Virus record (IMG/VR): IMGVR_UViG_3300025099_000012 | Coordinates: 1 to 64,000 of that record | Reading direction: 5' to 3' (one strand) | DNA from: a virus | Length of the DNA stretch: 64,000 nucleotides | Program-made: the position numbers and the translations under genes | Notes under the pieces: generated by a model | What the model was told of the DNA's origin: nothing | The model's input: only the letters and a program-made list of their open reading frames with translations | Databases searched by the model: none | In this document: one piece after another, positions 37,672 to 48,172 of the stretch | Layout of the letters: the number at the start of each line of letters is the position of its first letter | How positions within the stretch are numbered: position 1 is the stretch's first letter

Positions 37672-38046
37672 TTAAATACGTCCTTGTTCGGGACCATCTA
37701 CGTAATCAACTGCTGCTAATAGACCAGCTAGTCCACCAGCTCCGGCTAGCACTTCACCCGCCATTCGCTTTTTAATTTCTTGTTTGAGGGCGTGTTTGCC
37801 ACCCTCTTTAAGTAATTCTCTTACAAGAGTGTCAAGGTTTTTGTTTTCAGGACGTGAGGCAATCTCAAGTGCTGCAGCTACATCCTCTGGCGTTGGATTA
37901 CGACCTAAGATCTTTTTGAGAGTTTCAGGTGTGAGATCCTTCTGATCGTGAAATACATATTCCAAGTCAGGATTAGAAGGCAACGACCCCGAAGAGCCGA
38001 TGCCTAGTTCTCTCGCTCGTCTGCCAGAGTTGTAGTAACTCATCAC
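37672..38046 (-). CDS. hypothetical protein
   Basis: 124-aa ORF, RMAGE near C-terminus. Confidence 0.55.
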   Translation of the reverse strand: MMSYYNSGRRARELGIGSSGSLPSNPDLEYVFHDQKDLTPETLKKILGRNPTPEDVAAALEIASRPENKNLDTLVRELLKEGGKHALKQEIKKRMAGEVLAGAGGLAGLLAAVDYVDGPEQGRI

Positions 38047-39032
38047 ATGTCTTGGATAAGAGCCTTAGCTTGCAGAGCACCTTGAGGAGCCTGTGAGAGA
38101 TAACGCCATGCGTTCTCAGGGGAGCTGTCCATCATTTCGCTGAAGGAGCCCCAGAAATCATTTGCCTGGTTGACCTGACGGCCGGGAGTAGGCATATCCA
38201 TTTGAGGACGCTGGAAGTTCTGTGGAACTTGTCCTTGCTCTTGAGCTTGGATCTCAGCTTCGAACTGAGCACGAGCTTCTTGTTGCTGACGTACTTGTGT
38301 TTCGTCAGGGGTCTCAGTGGGATAAGGACCTTGAGGACCGAAGAACTCATTGACGTAATCAGCCAACACATCAGGGTTGGTGAGCATCAGGTTCATTGCA
38401 CCGTTCTCCTCGTTGGAAGCTTCGAATGCACTGAGGACATTGTTGCCACGCTGAACCTGCTCGATCAGTGCATCTTCAACTGCACATGCGTAGGTGTTTA
38501 GGAGAGCAGGAGCTTCAGCACCAAAGTGCTCAAGAACCTCAAGACTTTCTCCGCTGATTCCGCTTAGGTACTGATCCTGAGCCTGACTTGCTCCGTGCTG
38601 CACCGCTTGCTGCACCAGGCTGCTGACGTCGGATTCCGTATAGCTCTGGGTTGAAGCTTGGGGCTGCGAAATCTGCTGAACCTGTGGGGCCATTGAAGCC
38701 CAACTGGGCTGAGTAGTTGCCTGAGGCGTCGGTGTTGTCTGGTATGCCGAGGGTGAAACCTGGGCCGGGGAGGGGCTGGACGTATTCAGGCTTGCGCTGA
38801 GCGCCTGGAACGCCTGCTGCCATGGATTGCCCTGAGTTGCTGCCGAACCCTGCGGGGCCTGGGCCGATGCCTGGTAAACCGGTGCCTGCGGTGCCACTGG
38901 TTGTCCCATTGATGCCGGGGAGGTTGGGGACTGGCTCGTCGCGTACTGGCTCGCCGCGCTGGGCACGTAGTTGGTCGGCGTTGCTGAGCTCGTCGGGGAT
39001 ACTTGTTGCGCTGGCTGGCTTGTAACTTCCAC
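38043..39032 (-). CDS. scaffolding-like protein
   Basis: Q/A/S/P-rich 329 aa after portal; AAGGAG 10 nt before GTG start. Confidence 0.55.
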   Translation of the reverse strand: MEVTSQPAQQVSPTSSATPTNYVPSAASQYATSQSPTSPASMGQPVAPQAPVYQASAQAPQGSAATQGNPWQQAFQALSASLNTSSPSPAQVSPSAYQTTPTPQATTQPSWASMAPQVQQISQPQASTQSYTESDVSSLVQQAVQHGASQAQDQYLSGISGESLEVLEHFGAEAPALLNTYACAVEDALIEQVQRGNNVLSAFEASNEENGAMNLMLTNPDVLADYVNEFFGPQGPYPTETPDETQVRQQQEARAQFEAEIQAQEQGQVPQNFQRPQMDMPTPGRQVNQANDFWGSFSEMMDSSPENAWRYLSQAPQGALQAKALIQDM

Positions 39033-40800
39033 TGTAACTTAACTCCTTACGTAAGAATTCTAAAGATCGATATAGGAACCCTGTCATGTCAAGGTTCGGG
39101 TCAGAAGCCAAAGGCATGTCTGGCATCTGTGGATGAGGCAATTGATAGAACTGCCCAAGTAAACTAATAAAACTGTTAATACTACTTTGTGTTTGCTGGA
39201 CCATTCTGAAGGGGAATCCGCTTAACATTGCAGCCCGTTCTTCATCAGTTTTACCAGGGAATAGATATTTGAGAGCTTCAATAGAATCAACTCCCAATTC
39301 TTGAAGGTTGCGAACGACGATGCTGTTGTTGAGCAGATCTTCAGTGCTTTCTTCAAAAACTTCTCCCATCCAACGCCAACTGACTTTTAATGCCCCATCA
39401 GGGACAAGACCAGTTACACCAGGGGGTATTTCACCTGCGTCTAGTTTAGCACGCATCTCTTTATTACGTTTTTCAAGGAACTTTTGGTATTCCTTTTCAT
39501 ACTTATTAAATGCCCTTTCATATTCTTTCTCATCTTGAAAATCTTCGGGTAACGGCAAATCAGGTTCCGTTAAATTGATTGCTTGGCTAAACGAATCATT
39601 GAAATTACGCTCTTCTGCATAAATCATCATTGAGAACAACGAGCACAGCCCATAAGTAAATAGAGCTCTTGCTTTTTTCTCTGCTGTTGCGGCTACACGT
39701 CCATATAGTGTTTTAATTTCATATGCTGTGGCAGCCGTTCTGATTTCAATGTCATCAACGCCTCCAAGTGCAAGCCGGATTTCTGAACGATACTGTTTTA
39801 CGTATAAGTTCTGATCTCCTGAAACACTATCCGGTGTCATATATCCAACACGATCAGTTGGTTCTAGGTTTGCAATTACTCGTGGAACTTTGATCTGACC
39901 ATCCAAAGTACCAGCACCGAATGGTTGGCTAACACGAGTACTTGCTCTACCTGAACCACCAATTGGAGCAAACCCCGCCTGAGAGCTGATAGTAGGGCGG
40001 AAACTATTGTCATCACCACTATCAAGAATGTCATGACGTGGACGACTTGATATAAGTGTGGGGTTTCCAAAGAACTTCATGTTCTTTCGGATATTTCTTA
40101 CAAGTTCATCGTGATAGAGGATCTGATTAGCTAACCAATCGAATTCTCCGTTACCTGTTGCTTCACCTGTACAGTCCATGTGATTAAACACTTCGACTGC
40201 AGGAATGAACCCAAGGCTATTAGTCAGTACCTCTGTTTGACCGGGCATCTTGAAGGGCATTGCACCCATTTGGTTTGAAAACTCAATTTTCTCGTCTGAA
40301 ATCGTTTGCTCAATGCGATCTTTGTAGACTTTTAATTGAATCCATTTCTTTTTTCCATTTGACCCATTAGCTCCTGGCAAATTGTCTGCTAAGCCAATTG
40401 TCTGCTGGACATTAAATGAATAGACAAGGACTAATGACTCAAGATCACCAGCTTGGTCCCTATATGCTCGATAACTATCCTTTGGGAAGTAAAGAACTTG
40501 ATAACTTTCACCAGCAGGGCGGAAATAAAATAGACCTTGACCGTCACAAAGGAAATAATCAACAATACTTTCGAATTTCATCTCCAGCATGTTCTCTTCG
40601 CAGATCTTGGCTAGGAACTCACGTCGTTTACCAAAAGAATCCTGCTCTGCATAAAATTCAATTCCTCTCCGAAGCATAAACGTACGCATTTGGGCGAGAT
40701 GTGAAGACACAATCATTGTGTCTACAGATAAATCACCTCGTCGCTCTTTAGCTGCTAGTAGTATTTGCTGAAATTCACTATTGATTGAATTCATTGCCAT
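38539..40800 (-). CDS. portal protein
   Basis: 753 aa, downstream of terminase; NSLGFIPAV..G.GEF pattern of SPP1-like portals. Confidence 0.7.
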   Translation of the reverse strand: MAMNSINSEFQQILLAAKERRGDLSVDTMIVSSHLAQMRTFMLRRGIEFYAEQDSFGKRREFLAKICEENMLEMKFESIVDYFLCDGQGLFYFRPAGESYQVLYFPKDSYRAYRDQAGDLESLVLVYSFNVQQTIGLADNLPGANGSNGKKKWIQLKVYKDRIEQTISDEKIEFSNQMGAMPFKMPGQTEVLTNSLGFIPAVEVFNHMDCTGEATGNGEFDWLANQILYHDELVRNIRKNMKFFGNPTLISSRPRHDILDSGDDNSFRPTISSQAGFAPIGGSGRASTRVSQPFGAGTLDGQIKVPRVIANLEPTDRVGYMTPDSVSGDQNLYVKQYRSEIRLALGGVDDIEIRTAATAYEIKTLYGRVAATAEKKARALFTYGLCSLFSMMIYAEERNFNDSFSQAINLTEPDLPLPEDFQDEKEYERAFNKYEKEYQKFLEKRNKEMRAKLDAGEIPPGVTGLVPDGALKVSWRWMGEVFEESTEDLLNNSIVVRNLQELGVDSIEALKYLFPGKTDEERAAMLSGFPFRMVQQTQSSINSFISLLGQFYQLPHPQMPDMPLASDPNLDMTGFLYRSLEFLRKELSYSGSYKPASATSIPDELSNADQLRAQRGEPVRDEPVPNLPGINGTTSGTAGTGLPGIGPGPAGFGSNSGQSMAAGVPGAQRKPEYVQPLPGPGFTLGIPDNTDASGNYSAQLGFNGPTGSADFAAPSFNPELYGIRRQQPGAASGAARSKSGSGSVPKRNQRRKS

Positions 40801-40825
40801 ATTTATCTCTTTTTATAGTTCAATA

Positions 40826-41761
40826 CTAATCCATTTCCTCTCGGGCTTCCCTATAAATCTCTTCTGCATTTGAAGTAATTTCCTCAGGAGGTTCAGGAGG
40901 TGTATATTCAAAGTTAAAAGCACCACTATCACCGTACATATTCCTTCTCAGAGTATTAGAACGATTACGGGAGCGTTGGATCCCTTCTTCTAATTCATTA
41001 TTTAGTCCTCTGATTCGTGATGGATTAGTCGGACTATTGTCTGTAGTTCTGTTTCGCTCAAACTGACGGCGTAGGTCTCGTTGACCTCTTATAGCTGAGT
41101 CAGTGTACATACTCATAAACCTATTAGCAGCAGCAGGGCTGTCATCTGTGTCGTAGTACCCACCCATTGTGGCTCTAGAAGTAGGTGAATCATAAAGACT
41201 ACTTTCACCACGACCGCCGTTGTAATTAAAGGTACGGCTACTACCACCATAGGAACGTCGTGAGTAGTCCCTATTGTCTCGGCTATTATCAACCCTGTTA
41301 TCTACTGTTTGTCTAATTGAATTATCTTGATTAACTCGGTTATTATTACCATCAATGCCTATACGATTGCGTTGCGAAATTGGCGATGAGATTGAATTAT
41401 CTCCAGCTTCCGAACCACCTGATCGTGAATTACGATCATCCGTATTTGGATTAGGAGAAGGATTCGGCTCAGGATTAGGATTAGGATCTGGCTCATCGGC
41501 AAAACCCTGGAGTGTATCTAGAGCTCTCCGTGTAGAACTCCCATGTTTAGTAGTATCTTTGATTCGATCAAAATAATCTAATACTGCTCGCGCACCGTCC
41601 CGCCGAGAAACACCCTCACCACGATTCTGGAAAACATGGTTAACGTCTAATCCACTAAACCTGGAAGTACCTCTATCAGACCCAGCACCTCTTGCAGTTA
41701 AGTCATAATCTGCAAGATAGTCATTAAAGCTTCTTAGAGCTTCTCCTGCCATTCGAGCCAT
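40826..41761 (-). CDS. R/N/S-rich probable virion protein
   Basis: Low complexity, NP repeat, N-terminal RMAGE. Confidence 0.55.
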   Translation of the reverse strand: MARMAGEALRSFNDYLADYDLTARGAGSDRGTSRFSGLDVNHVFQNRGEGVSRRDGARAVLDYFDRIKDTTKHGSSTRRALDTLQGFADEPDPNPNPEPNPSPNPNTDDRNSRSGGSEAGDNSISSPISQRNRIGIDGNNNRVNQDNSIRQTVDNRVDNSRDNRDYSRRSYGGSSRTFNYNGGRGESSLYDSPTSRATMGGYYDTDDSPAAANRFMSMYTDSAIRGQRDLRRQFERNRTTDNSPTNPSRIRGLNNELEEGIQRSRNRSNTLRRNMYGDSGAFNFEYTPPEPPEEITSNAEEIYREAREEMD

Positions 41762-41769
41762 CTTATTAT

Positions 41770-43308
41770 TTATAAATTAAAGCTGTCACTATTGTAGTCC
41801 ATCTGTAAACTACCTCTTCTAAGTAGTCCACCCATAGTTAATACCATTGAGTCCACAGCGTCATCATGTGGTGAATGTCCAAAGTTCAGTAGTTCTTCTT
41901 CAAGTACATCCCACTTACGCCATTTATTCCAGACAACTTTTTTATGTTCATATAAACCAAGCACGCCTCTTAGTCTTGCAAGCTTATCTCCTTTGAAACC
42001 TTTTACTGGAGAAACTGAAAGATTATAAAGTGCACGTTGCTCTAGGATTATTCTTTTGAAATCTCCTTCAAAAGAGTTTTGATAAGCAACCGCTTCAGGC
42101 CATATGATGCATGGGGACATTGTTGGAAAGAAGTCACCCTCGTCATTTTCAAGAACAATATTCCAATCAGCAAGCATTTGACAGAGTAAATCCATCTTGT
42201 CGAGATTTCCCATTGTCCGGGCACGACGTTGATCAATCATGAATAGCTTGCCATCTTTAATCCCACCTAGGGTCATGACTGTCCAGTCATTCTTTTCCTT
42301 TAGTCCAGCACTTAAGTCAATACCCACACCAAGGCAGTCGTAATCCTCTGGCACTTCACCTTTAATGATTAATTCCGGTGATATCCCAACATCCGTTGAC
42401 TTAACAGCTGTATTTAAATACTGATATGCAAATGCAACTCTATCTTCTGTCTTTCGTTCATTCAGATATTTCATTGACCAGAACTCTGGCCAGTATGAAC
42501 GTTGTTTACCATCTTGGTCAGTTATGACTGCTCGCTGAACAATCTGTTTCCATTTGTTCTTTGGAACGAATAACGTGGCGTGAATGTCGTCATAGTGGAA
42601 GCGGGTTCCCAAACAAATAGCCCGTGCACCTTGAAACATCGTTGGTGCGATAACGTTAGACCACGTCTGCTCCATCTCACGGCGAATGTCTGGGTTGTTG
42701 ATTGAAATGGCAGATTTGATAGGGTCATCAATAAGCACCAACTGCGATCGTTTAGAGGTGATTGCACCTTTGAGACCACCACACGCAATTGTGAAAGCTT
42801 CTTCACCCGCTGTGTCAATTCCTGCAAACTCATAATCAATAGACCAGTATTCATCTGAACGTTTTATTTTTGAGAGCCTTACCATTGGGAAGATCTCTCT
42901 GTATTTATTACTTGTAAGTATCCCTTTGATTGTTGCCGATTTCGCTCGGCTTATGTCTACCATGTAGGCGATGTACAGAATACGTAGCATCTTCTTGGCA
43001 GCTGCATGTCGTCCAATCATCCAGGCTGCAAACAAACCAAGGACAGTACTTTTTGCAGAACCACGTGGTGCGAGGATCGATGTATTTGGACCTGCGATTC
43101 CAATCAGGCATTCACTATCTTCTCCAGTACATAACTCTGTATGCCACTCCAGCATATGTTTTGCAGGAGCTTTTCCCATGAACTTACAAAAGTCTTGGAA
43201 GCTGTCTCTTGCTTTTAGAACATCTTCACTTGGTGGTTTGACAGTTACCTTTGTAGCTGTCATCAGTGCTATTCGTCTGTACGCTAATGATGCGCTAGGT
43301 ATTGCCAT
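41770..43308 (-). CDS. terL: terminase large subunit
   Basis: Walker A APRGSAKS, Walker B LIDDP, GTRFH, nuclease GIDLSAG and HDDAVDS. Confidence 0.92.
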   Translation of the reverse strand: MAIPSASLAYRRIALMTATKVTVKPPSEDVLKARDSFQDFCKFMGKAPAKHMLEWHTELCTGEDSECLIGIAGPNTSILAPRGSAKSTVLGLFAAWMIGRHAAAKKMLRILYIAYMVDISRAKSATIKGILTSNKYREIFPMVRLSKIKRSDEYWSIDYEFAGIDTAGEEAFTIACGGLKGAITSKRSQLVLIDDPIKSAISINNPDIRREMEQTWSNVIAPTMFQGARAICLGTRFHYDDIHATLFVPKNKWKQIVQRAVITDQDGKQRSYWPEFWSMKYLNERKTEDRVAFAYQYLNTAVKSTDVGISPELIIKGEVPEDYDCLGVGIDLSAGLKEKNDWTVMTLGGIKDGKLFMIDQRRARTMGNLDKMDLLCQMLADWNIVLENDEGDFFPTMSPCIIWPEAVAYQNSFEGDFKRIILEQRALYNLSVSPVKGFKGDKLARLRGVLGLYEHKKVVWNKWRKWDVLEEELLNFGHSPHDDAVDSMVLTMGGLLRRGSLQMDYNSDSFNL

Positions 43309-43345
43309 AAGTTAGCCTTTCCTAAAGTCTAACTAATAATTAGTT

Positions 43346-43627
43346 TCATGCTAGGCCAAAAGCTTTGGCTTGTTTATCAGCAGCTCTGCCTTTCATACGA
43401 CTAATAGCTCTACTTCTTGCTTCCCTTAGTTTACTTTCTCTGAATGATATTCCCATATCTCGTAGAAAGATAGCGGCTTCTTCTGCACGCCCCTTTGAAC
43501 CAGAACTACCATCTGGCATTTTTGGTAAAGCCTTTGGCAGAGTTCCTTGCAGCCGTAATCCAGAAGACTTTGCATCCTCAATTGCTGGAAGTTCAGGAAG
43601 TTCAGGAACAGGGGGTAGATAGCTCAT
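43346..43627 (-). CDS. hypothetical protein
   Basis: 93-aa ORF. Confidence 0.5.
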   Translation of the reverse strand: MSYLPPVPELPELPAIEDAKSSGLRLQGTLPKALPKMPDGSSGSKGRAEEAAIFLRDMGISFRESKLREARSRAISRMKGRAADKQAKAFGLA

Positions 43628-44166
43628 TAACTTAGTTCACTATAAATCTTTGCAAATACTGCATTGATAGCATTATCAATTGGCTCAGCAAGATGTGGAT
43701 CATCTTTGAAGATAGAGGTCATCTCACGCATTACACGATCTGCACCAGCAAGGATCAAACCTCTTTTGTCTGTTGTACGGTTCATCCGATCAGACGTCTC
43801 AATGTGCGAACGTAACTCCTTTTCAAGCGAAGCAAGACGTGCCGCACCATCCGAACCTTTGATCTCTCCCGAGGTAATGGCCATTCGTAGGTCCTGTATA
43901 TCGGAGTGGAGAGCAGCAATTTCGCTATTGAGTATTTCACGGCGATTAAGCTTTTTATATTTCATTTTGACCCAACGGGCCATATCATTGAATGTACCTG
44001 GATATTTTAAAATTCCTGCATATACCCAAATTTCAATGATTGATGGAGTGACTTCAGCAAATTCTTTGAACTCTTCTGACTCAGATGCTGGTAAAGTATC
44101 TAACCACTGATCAACATAGGTAACATAAACTTTACCGGTCTGAGTATTTTTTGTACCGACAGTCAT
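43627..44166 (-). CDS. possible terminase small subunit
   Basis: Helical 179 aa two genes upstream of terL; position-based only. Confidence 0.35.
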   Translation of the reverse strand: MTVGTKNTQTGKVYVTYVDQWLDTLPASESEEFKEFAEVTPSIIEIWVYAGILKYPGTFNDMARWVKMKYKKLNRREILNSEIAALHSDIQDLRMAITSGEIKGSDGAARLASLEKELRSHIETSDRMNRTTDKRGLILAGADRVMREMTSIFKDDPHLAEPIDNAINAVFAKIYSELS

Positions 44167-44861
44167 CAGAAGCTTCTCGATAGTTGATTAGCCCGACGAC
44201 GATTACGTTCTTCCCCACGAGCTGTAAGCATGTCGCTATGTTCGTTAGTCTTACGTGTCTGATCACCTGTGGCTGCTGTTCCTAATCGATCCTGTTCACC
44301 TTCAGTAATTGTTTGAAGACGATTCTCTACACCTTGTGCTCTATAGTTTCGTCTAGTCTGATCATTTGTTGCTTGTATATCTGTTATTCTCCTTCCTAAC
44401 TGACGGTTTTGATATTCATCCTGTAGTTCAAACTGCCTGTCTAGATTACGCATTCCATATCCAAATTCATCAGCGCGGTTCTCCATATTATTACGGAGTT
44501 CTAAATTTGCAGCAAAACGTGCATTTCCTCTAAACAACCCGGACTGTTCCTGAGCTTGTTGACTTGAACGTTGAGCATCCATGCTCTTATCTATTTGACT
44601 TGCCATGATGCTGTCCTGTAAACCAGAACGCCTAGTTTCTTCTCTACTTGCAGGACTAAAAAAGCTGCTAAGGTTATTTCTAAAATTAGTCATACCTTGT
44701 AGAATTCGCTGAGTATCATTATTACTATTACTGCTATCACGTCGCCTACGATCACGTTGGTTACTATTTCGATTATTCCTGCCGTCTTGATCTTGCTGAC
44801 TGTCATCAATACCGTCTCTATTTGTATCACGAAATGAACTTGGCATTACTTTTCTGATCAC
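44166..44861 (-). CDS. R/Q/N-rich probable internal virion protein
   Basis: Low-complexity helical 231 aa. Confidence 0.5.
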   Translation of the reverse strand: MIRKVMPSSFRDTNRDGIDDSQQDQDGRNNRNSNQRDRRRRDSSNSNNDTQRILQGMTNFRNNLSSFFSPASREETRRSGLQDSIMASQIDKSMDAQRSSQQAQEQSGLFRGNARFAANLELRNNMENRADEFGYGMRNLDRQFELQDEYQNRQLGRRITDIQATNDQTRRNYRAQGVENRLQTITEGEQDRLGTAATGDQTRKTNEHSDMLTARGEERNRRRANQLSRSF

Positions 44862-44916
44862 TAATATAAATATTGTATCTAACTAGAATAGATGTATATA
44901 GGAAAGTAAACGTGCC

Positions 44917-45849
44917 ATGGCATTAACATCTAGTAATTCTAGTAACTACTTAGCAGGTGCTGCTGAAGTAAATAATATCTCCAGTAATCTCTACAATGTT
45001 GCCAGACAGACCGGTGTCAATACTAACCAATTAGTTGAGGCTGAGATTAAAACAAGGGCAAATCGATTCAAGGCTAAAACTGATGCTGAAGAAAAAGTTG
45101 GTAAGCAAGATCTGAAGATCAACTCTATTCTTAAGTCAAATGAAATTGATGCTAAAGCTAAAAAAGACGTAGAGAAGATCATGAAGCCAGCCCAAATGGC
45201 AGGAGCTTTAGCCCAAACTGTCGACTTAGGCAATATGGGATTGATAATGCATCAAGATAAGAAGCGCCTTGATATGGAAAATGCTGAAACTAAACGTATT
45301 CAAGCTGAAGAAGATTTAAAACAAGAAGAGCGTGATAGAAAAACAGCAGAGTTGTATAGGAAAATTAACGAATCACTGACTTCTGGTGATAAACCTACTT
45401 CTAGTACAGGAGGTACTCCAGAAAAGACCGAGGGTACATCTTCTACTACGTCCACTAATACGACTTCAACAACCTTGAAGCCTTTGGCTGGTTCTACTAA
45501 ATTACCTAAAAGTTCTATTCGTCAATTAGCCATTGACCAAGGATTTACTCCTGAAGATGCCGGGATTGTTGTTGGCATAGCTGGTGGCGAGAGTGGGTAT
45601 GATCCAACTAATAGTACTATTCGCTCTGGCCTTTATAAAAGGGAAGGTGAAGATAGTGTTGGCTTAATGCAAATTAATTGGGGATTTCACAAAGATAGTG
45701 GTTGGTTACAAAGTTTAGGTATTAACAAGCGAGAAGACTTATTTGATCCAGTCAAAAATATGAAGGCAGCAAAATATCTACATTCGGGAAGTGGTGGTTT
45801 CAGTGATTGGACTGTTTATGATAAGGGAATTTATAAGGATTACATGTAA
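44917..45849 (+). CDS. virion-associated lytic transglycosylase (SLT-like C-terminal domain)
   Basis: IAGGESGYDP..SVGLMQIN..LFDPVKNMKAAKYL..W. Confidence 0.75.
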   Translation: MALTSSNSSNYLAGAAEVNNISSNLYNVARQTGVNTNQLVEAEIKTRANRFKAKTDAEEKVGKQDLKINSILKSNEIDAKAKKDVEKIMKPAQMAGALAQTVDLGNMGLIMHQDKKRLDMENAETKRIQAEEDLKQEERDRKTAELYRKINESLTSGDKPTSSTGGTPEKTEGTSSTTSTNTTSTTLKPLAGSTKLPKSSIRQLAIDQGFTPEDAGIVVGIAGGESGYDPTNSTIRSGLYKREGEDSVGLMQINWGFHKDSGWLQSLGINKREDLFDPVKNMKAAKYLHSGSGGFSDWTVYDKGIYKDYM

Positions 45850-45870
45850 TCTTATTCGTGGCTGCTACTC

Positions 45871-46575
45871 TTAAAATCCTTGACCAATATTCTGTAATCC
45901 TCCCATAATCATCATTAGCATTTCACGTTGAGCTTTACGTGCATCTCTAGCTTCTTGAAGATCTAACCTACGATTATCCATACGTCTCTGTGAGGCACGT
46001 TCAGCTGCTGCATTTTCAAATTGCAGCATTTGTAGATTATTTTGATTCGCTAGAAGGGTTTGTGCATCTGTCCTTGCTTGGTCGGCTTGTGCACGATTGT
46101 GTCTTAAAACTTCGATTCTTCCACCGAATTCTTTTTCCTTTGTAGTACGTTTATCATTTTTGTAATCATTAAAATTTTTCAATTTTTGTTGATAGGTGGA
46201 AGCTGGATCAGGAATAAAGCCCTCTTTCGCCATATCCAAATTAAGGCTTTGATTTATCTTTAAATCCTGTGCGTGTTCTTCAATTAACTTGTCTAAGTCA
46301 ATTCTGCTTTTGTCTTTTGTAAGTTCTGCTTCCTCGTCGCTTATTAGATTATACTTTCTTAGTTCTTTGAGTCTGTTTCCATACTTATCTTTCAGATCTT
46401 GTACGTATGCACTTTCTGTTGCTTTGTCAAGAGTTTCACCTTGCCATGTAAATAGATCTCCTACATGATCTCCAATTTCTTTCTGCCTACCACCTAATCG
46501 GGGATCATACGTCTTCATTTCACGTTGTGCGTGTTGAGCCGTTGAACCACCAAAAAGAACATCTGTAAACGACAT
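45871..46575 (-). CDS. probable internal virion protein
   Basis: Coiled-coil, Q/R-rich. Confidence 0.5.
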   Translation of the reverse strand: MSFTDVLFGGSTAQHAQREMKTYDPRLGGRQKEIGDHVGDLFTWQGETLDKATESAYVQDLKDKYGNRLKELRKYNLISDEEAELTKDKSRIDLDKLIEEHAQDLKINQSLNLDMAKEGFIPDPASTYQQKLKNFNDYKNDKRTTKEKEFGGRIEVLRHNRAQADQARTDAQTLLANQNNLQMLQFENAAAERASQRRMDNRRLDLQEARDARKAQREMLMMIMGGLQNIGQGF

Positions 46576-46588
46576 TAAACTAACCCTC

Positions 46589-46746
46589 GCTGTTGTAGTA
46601 ACTTAAGCGCTTCTTCTATATTACTAGTTTCAAACATCATCCCATTCCACCTAGTATTGCACCAGGCAATCCACCAACTGATCCTGCTAATGCTCCACCA
46701 ACATTAAACCGTTGTTGCTGTTGTAGTAACTTAAGTGCTTCTTCTA
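46589..46746. repeat. 30-bp direct repeat (46589-46618 / 46717-46746)
   Basis: GCTGTTGTAGTAACTTAAG(C/T)GCTTCTTCTA, one mismatch. Confidence 0.9.
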
Positions 46747-47245
46747 GCTTACGCTCTTCTGCAGACTTTCCTCCGCCAAATAAGAACTGAAGTCCATCAC
46801 TAGCAGCCTTGCCTACAGAGGCACCACCTGCAATCATTAGTGGATTGCCCATTCCAAGCACTCCACCAATCGTTCCACCAATACCCATACCTGCTGTGTC
46901 CATTACTTTATTGCCAAGACTGTCGTCACCCGTAAGAATATCTCCAACATCTCCTACAGCTTGGACTGCACCAAGCACAGGTAGAGCTCTTCCTGCAAAA
47001 CGCATAGGAGCGGATCTAACAATACCCATTGCTCCTTGACGAAGACCTTTAGGTAAAGCTTTTACTCCAGCTGCTACTAGCTTATCTCCTTCCATAATTC
47101 TGTTGGCATCATCAGCCATATTGCCAATGCCACTTAAGGTTTGTCCACCTAAGTTCCTTAGTAACTTGCCTTGTACAGCACCCCTCATGAACTCTGGATT
47201 GTTTTGAATGGCTTTTAGAAGTAGATCTCTTTCTAGTGGAGTCAT
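46637..47245 (-). CDS. glycine-zipper probable ejection/pilot protein
   Basis: GIGGTIGGVLG, GGALAGSVGG. Confidence 0.5.
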   Translation of the reverse strand: MTPLERDLLLKAIQNNPEFMRGAVQGKLLRNLGGQTLSGIGNMADDANRIMEGDKLVAAGVKALPKGLRQGAMGIVRSAPMRFAGRALPVLGAVQAVGDVGDILTGDDSLGNKVMDTAGMGIGGTIGGVLGMGNPLMIAGGASVGKAASDGLQFLFGGGKSAEERKLEEALKLLQQQQRFNVGGALAGSVGGLPGAILGGMG

Positions 47246-47267
47246 GACATTGTATTTAATAGTTTAA

Positions 47268-47711
47268 TTAACCGATTGCACTACCAAGTGCTTTGCCACC
47301 TTGTGCAGCAGCCAGCCCCACTATTGGTCCACCAAGAATTGTTCCGCCGATACCTGCGACAGCACCAAGTGCAGAACCCATGATGCCCTTACGAGCTTGT
47401 TTTTTGGCAGCTTTTTTTATAGCTTTAGCTTTTTTCTCTGCTTGATTGACCATTCCAATAGCACCTAAGCTTGAAGCATATGCATTGGCATCAGCCTGGT
47501 AGGCTGCGCTTTGCTTATATGCTTCACTCGCTAGATCAGTGGCTGTAAAAGATGCTGGATCAAATGCTCCAGTTCTATTGTTTGACCAAATCTTACTAAG
47601 GTCTACAGCATTACCATACGCAGCCGCATTAGAAGTTCCACCAGAAAATGATGGTTCTGTAAAAACTAATCCAGATGGAGATGATTTAAAACTAGTAGCC
47701 ATATTTTTCAA
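47268..47711 (-). CDS. glycine-zipper probable ejection/pilot protein
   Basis: KKAAKKQ followed by Gly zipper. Confidence 0.5.
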   Translation of the reverse strand: MKNMATSFKSSPSGLVFTEPSFSGGTSNAAAYGNAVDLSKIWSNNRTGAFDPASFTATDLASEAYKQSAAYQADANAYASSLGAIGMVNQAEKKAKAIKKAAKKQARKGIMGSALGAVAGIGGTILGGPIVGLAAAQGGKALGSAIG

Positions 47712-47744
47712 TTAGCCTTTATTAAGTGTATCAATATTAAAGTA

Positions 47745-48167
47745 TTAATTTTGAGGAATTCCATAATTTGGGCCTAATGTTCCTACAGTTTCTTTTCCAA
47801 AAAGTCCAAACTTTGGCAATGTGCCTCCTCCAGCACCAATTGGAGTACTTCCAAAAATATTATTCATAAAAGTTTTGCTGGGATCAAAGCCTCCCGCAGC
47901 ACCAAATGATCCTATGCTTCCAGCAAGGCTGATTGCTCCCCCAATTGCGGATGCAGTATTCATTGTTGATTGTGCTGATTTTTGAGCAGAATTTAATATG
48001 TTTCCCGCTTTATCTTGAGCGAATGTTCCCAATGCTTGTCCTCCTAGATTTGAATCACTTAAAAATGCTTGACCGCGTAATTTAGCCTGTTCTCTATTGT
48101 CAGCCCCTGAGACTGCCCCTACATTCAGAGGATCATTAAAATTACTTGGACCAAAACTCATTGCCAT
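47745..48167 (-). CDS. Gly/Ala-rich probable virion protein
   Basis: 140-aa ORF. Confidence 0.5.
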   Translation of the reverse strand: MAMSFGPSNFNDPLNVGAVSGADNREQAKLRGQAFLSDSNLGGQALGTFAQDKAGNILNSAQKSAQSTMNTASAIGGAISLAGSIGSFGAAGGFDPSKTFMNNIFGSTPIGAGGGTLPKFGLFGKETVGTLGPNYGIPQN

Positions 48168-48172
48168 TTTAA

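Noticed and set aside
46589-46746. IS target-site duplication
   Set aside because: No transposase or terminal inverted repeats, and only about 100 nt between copies
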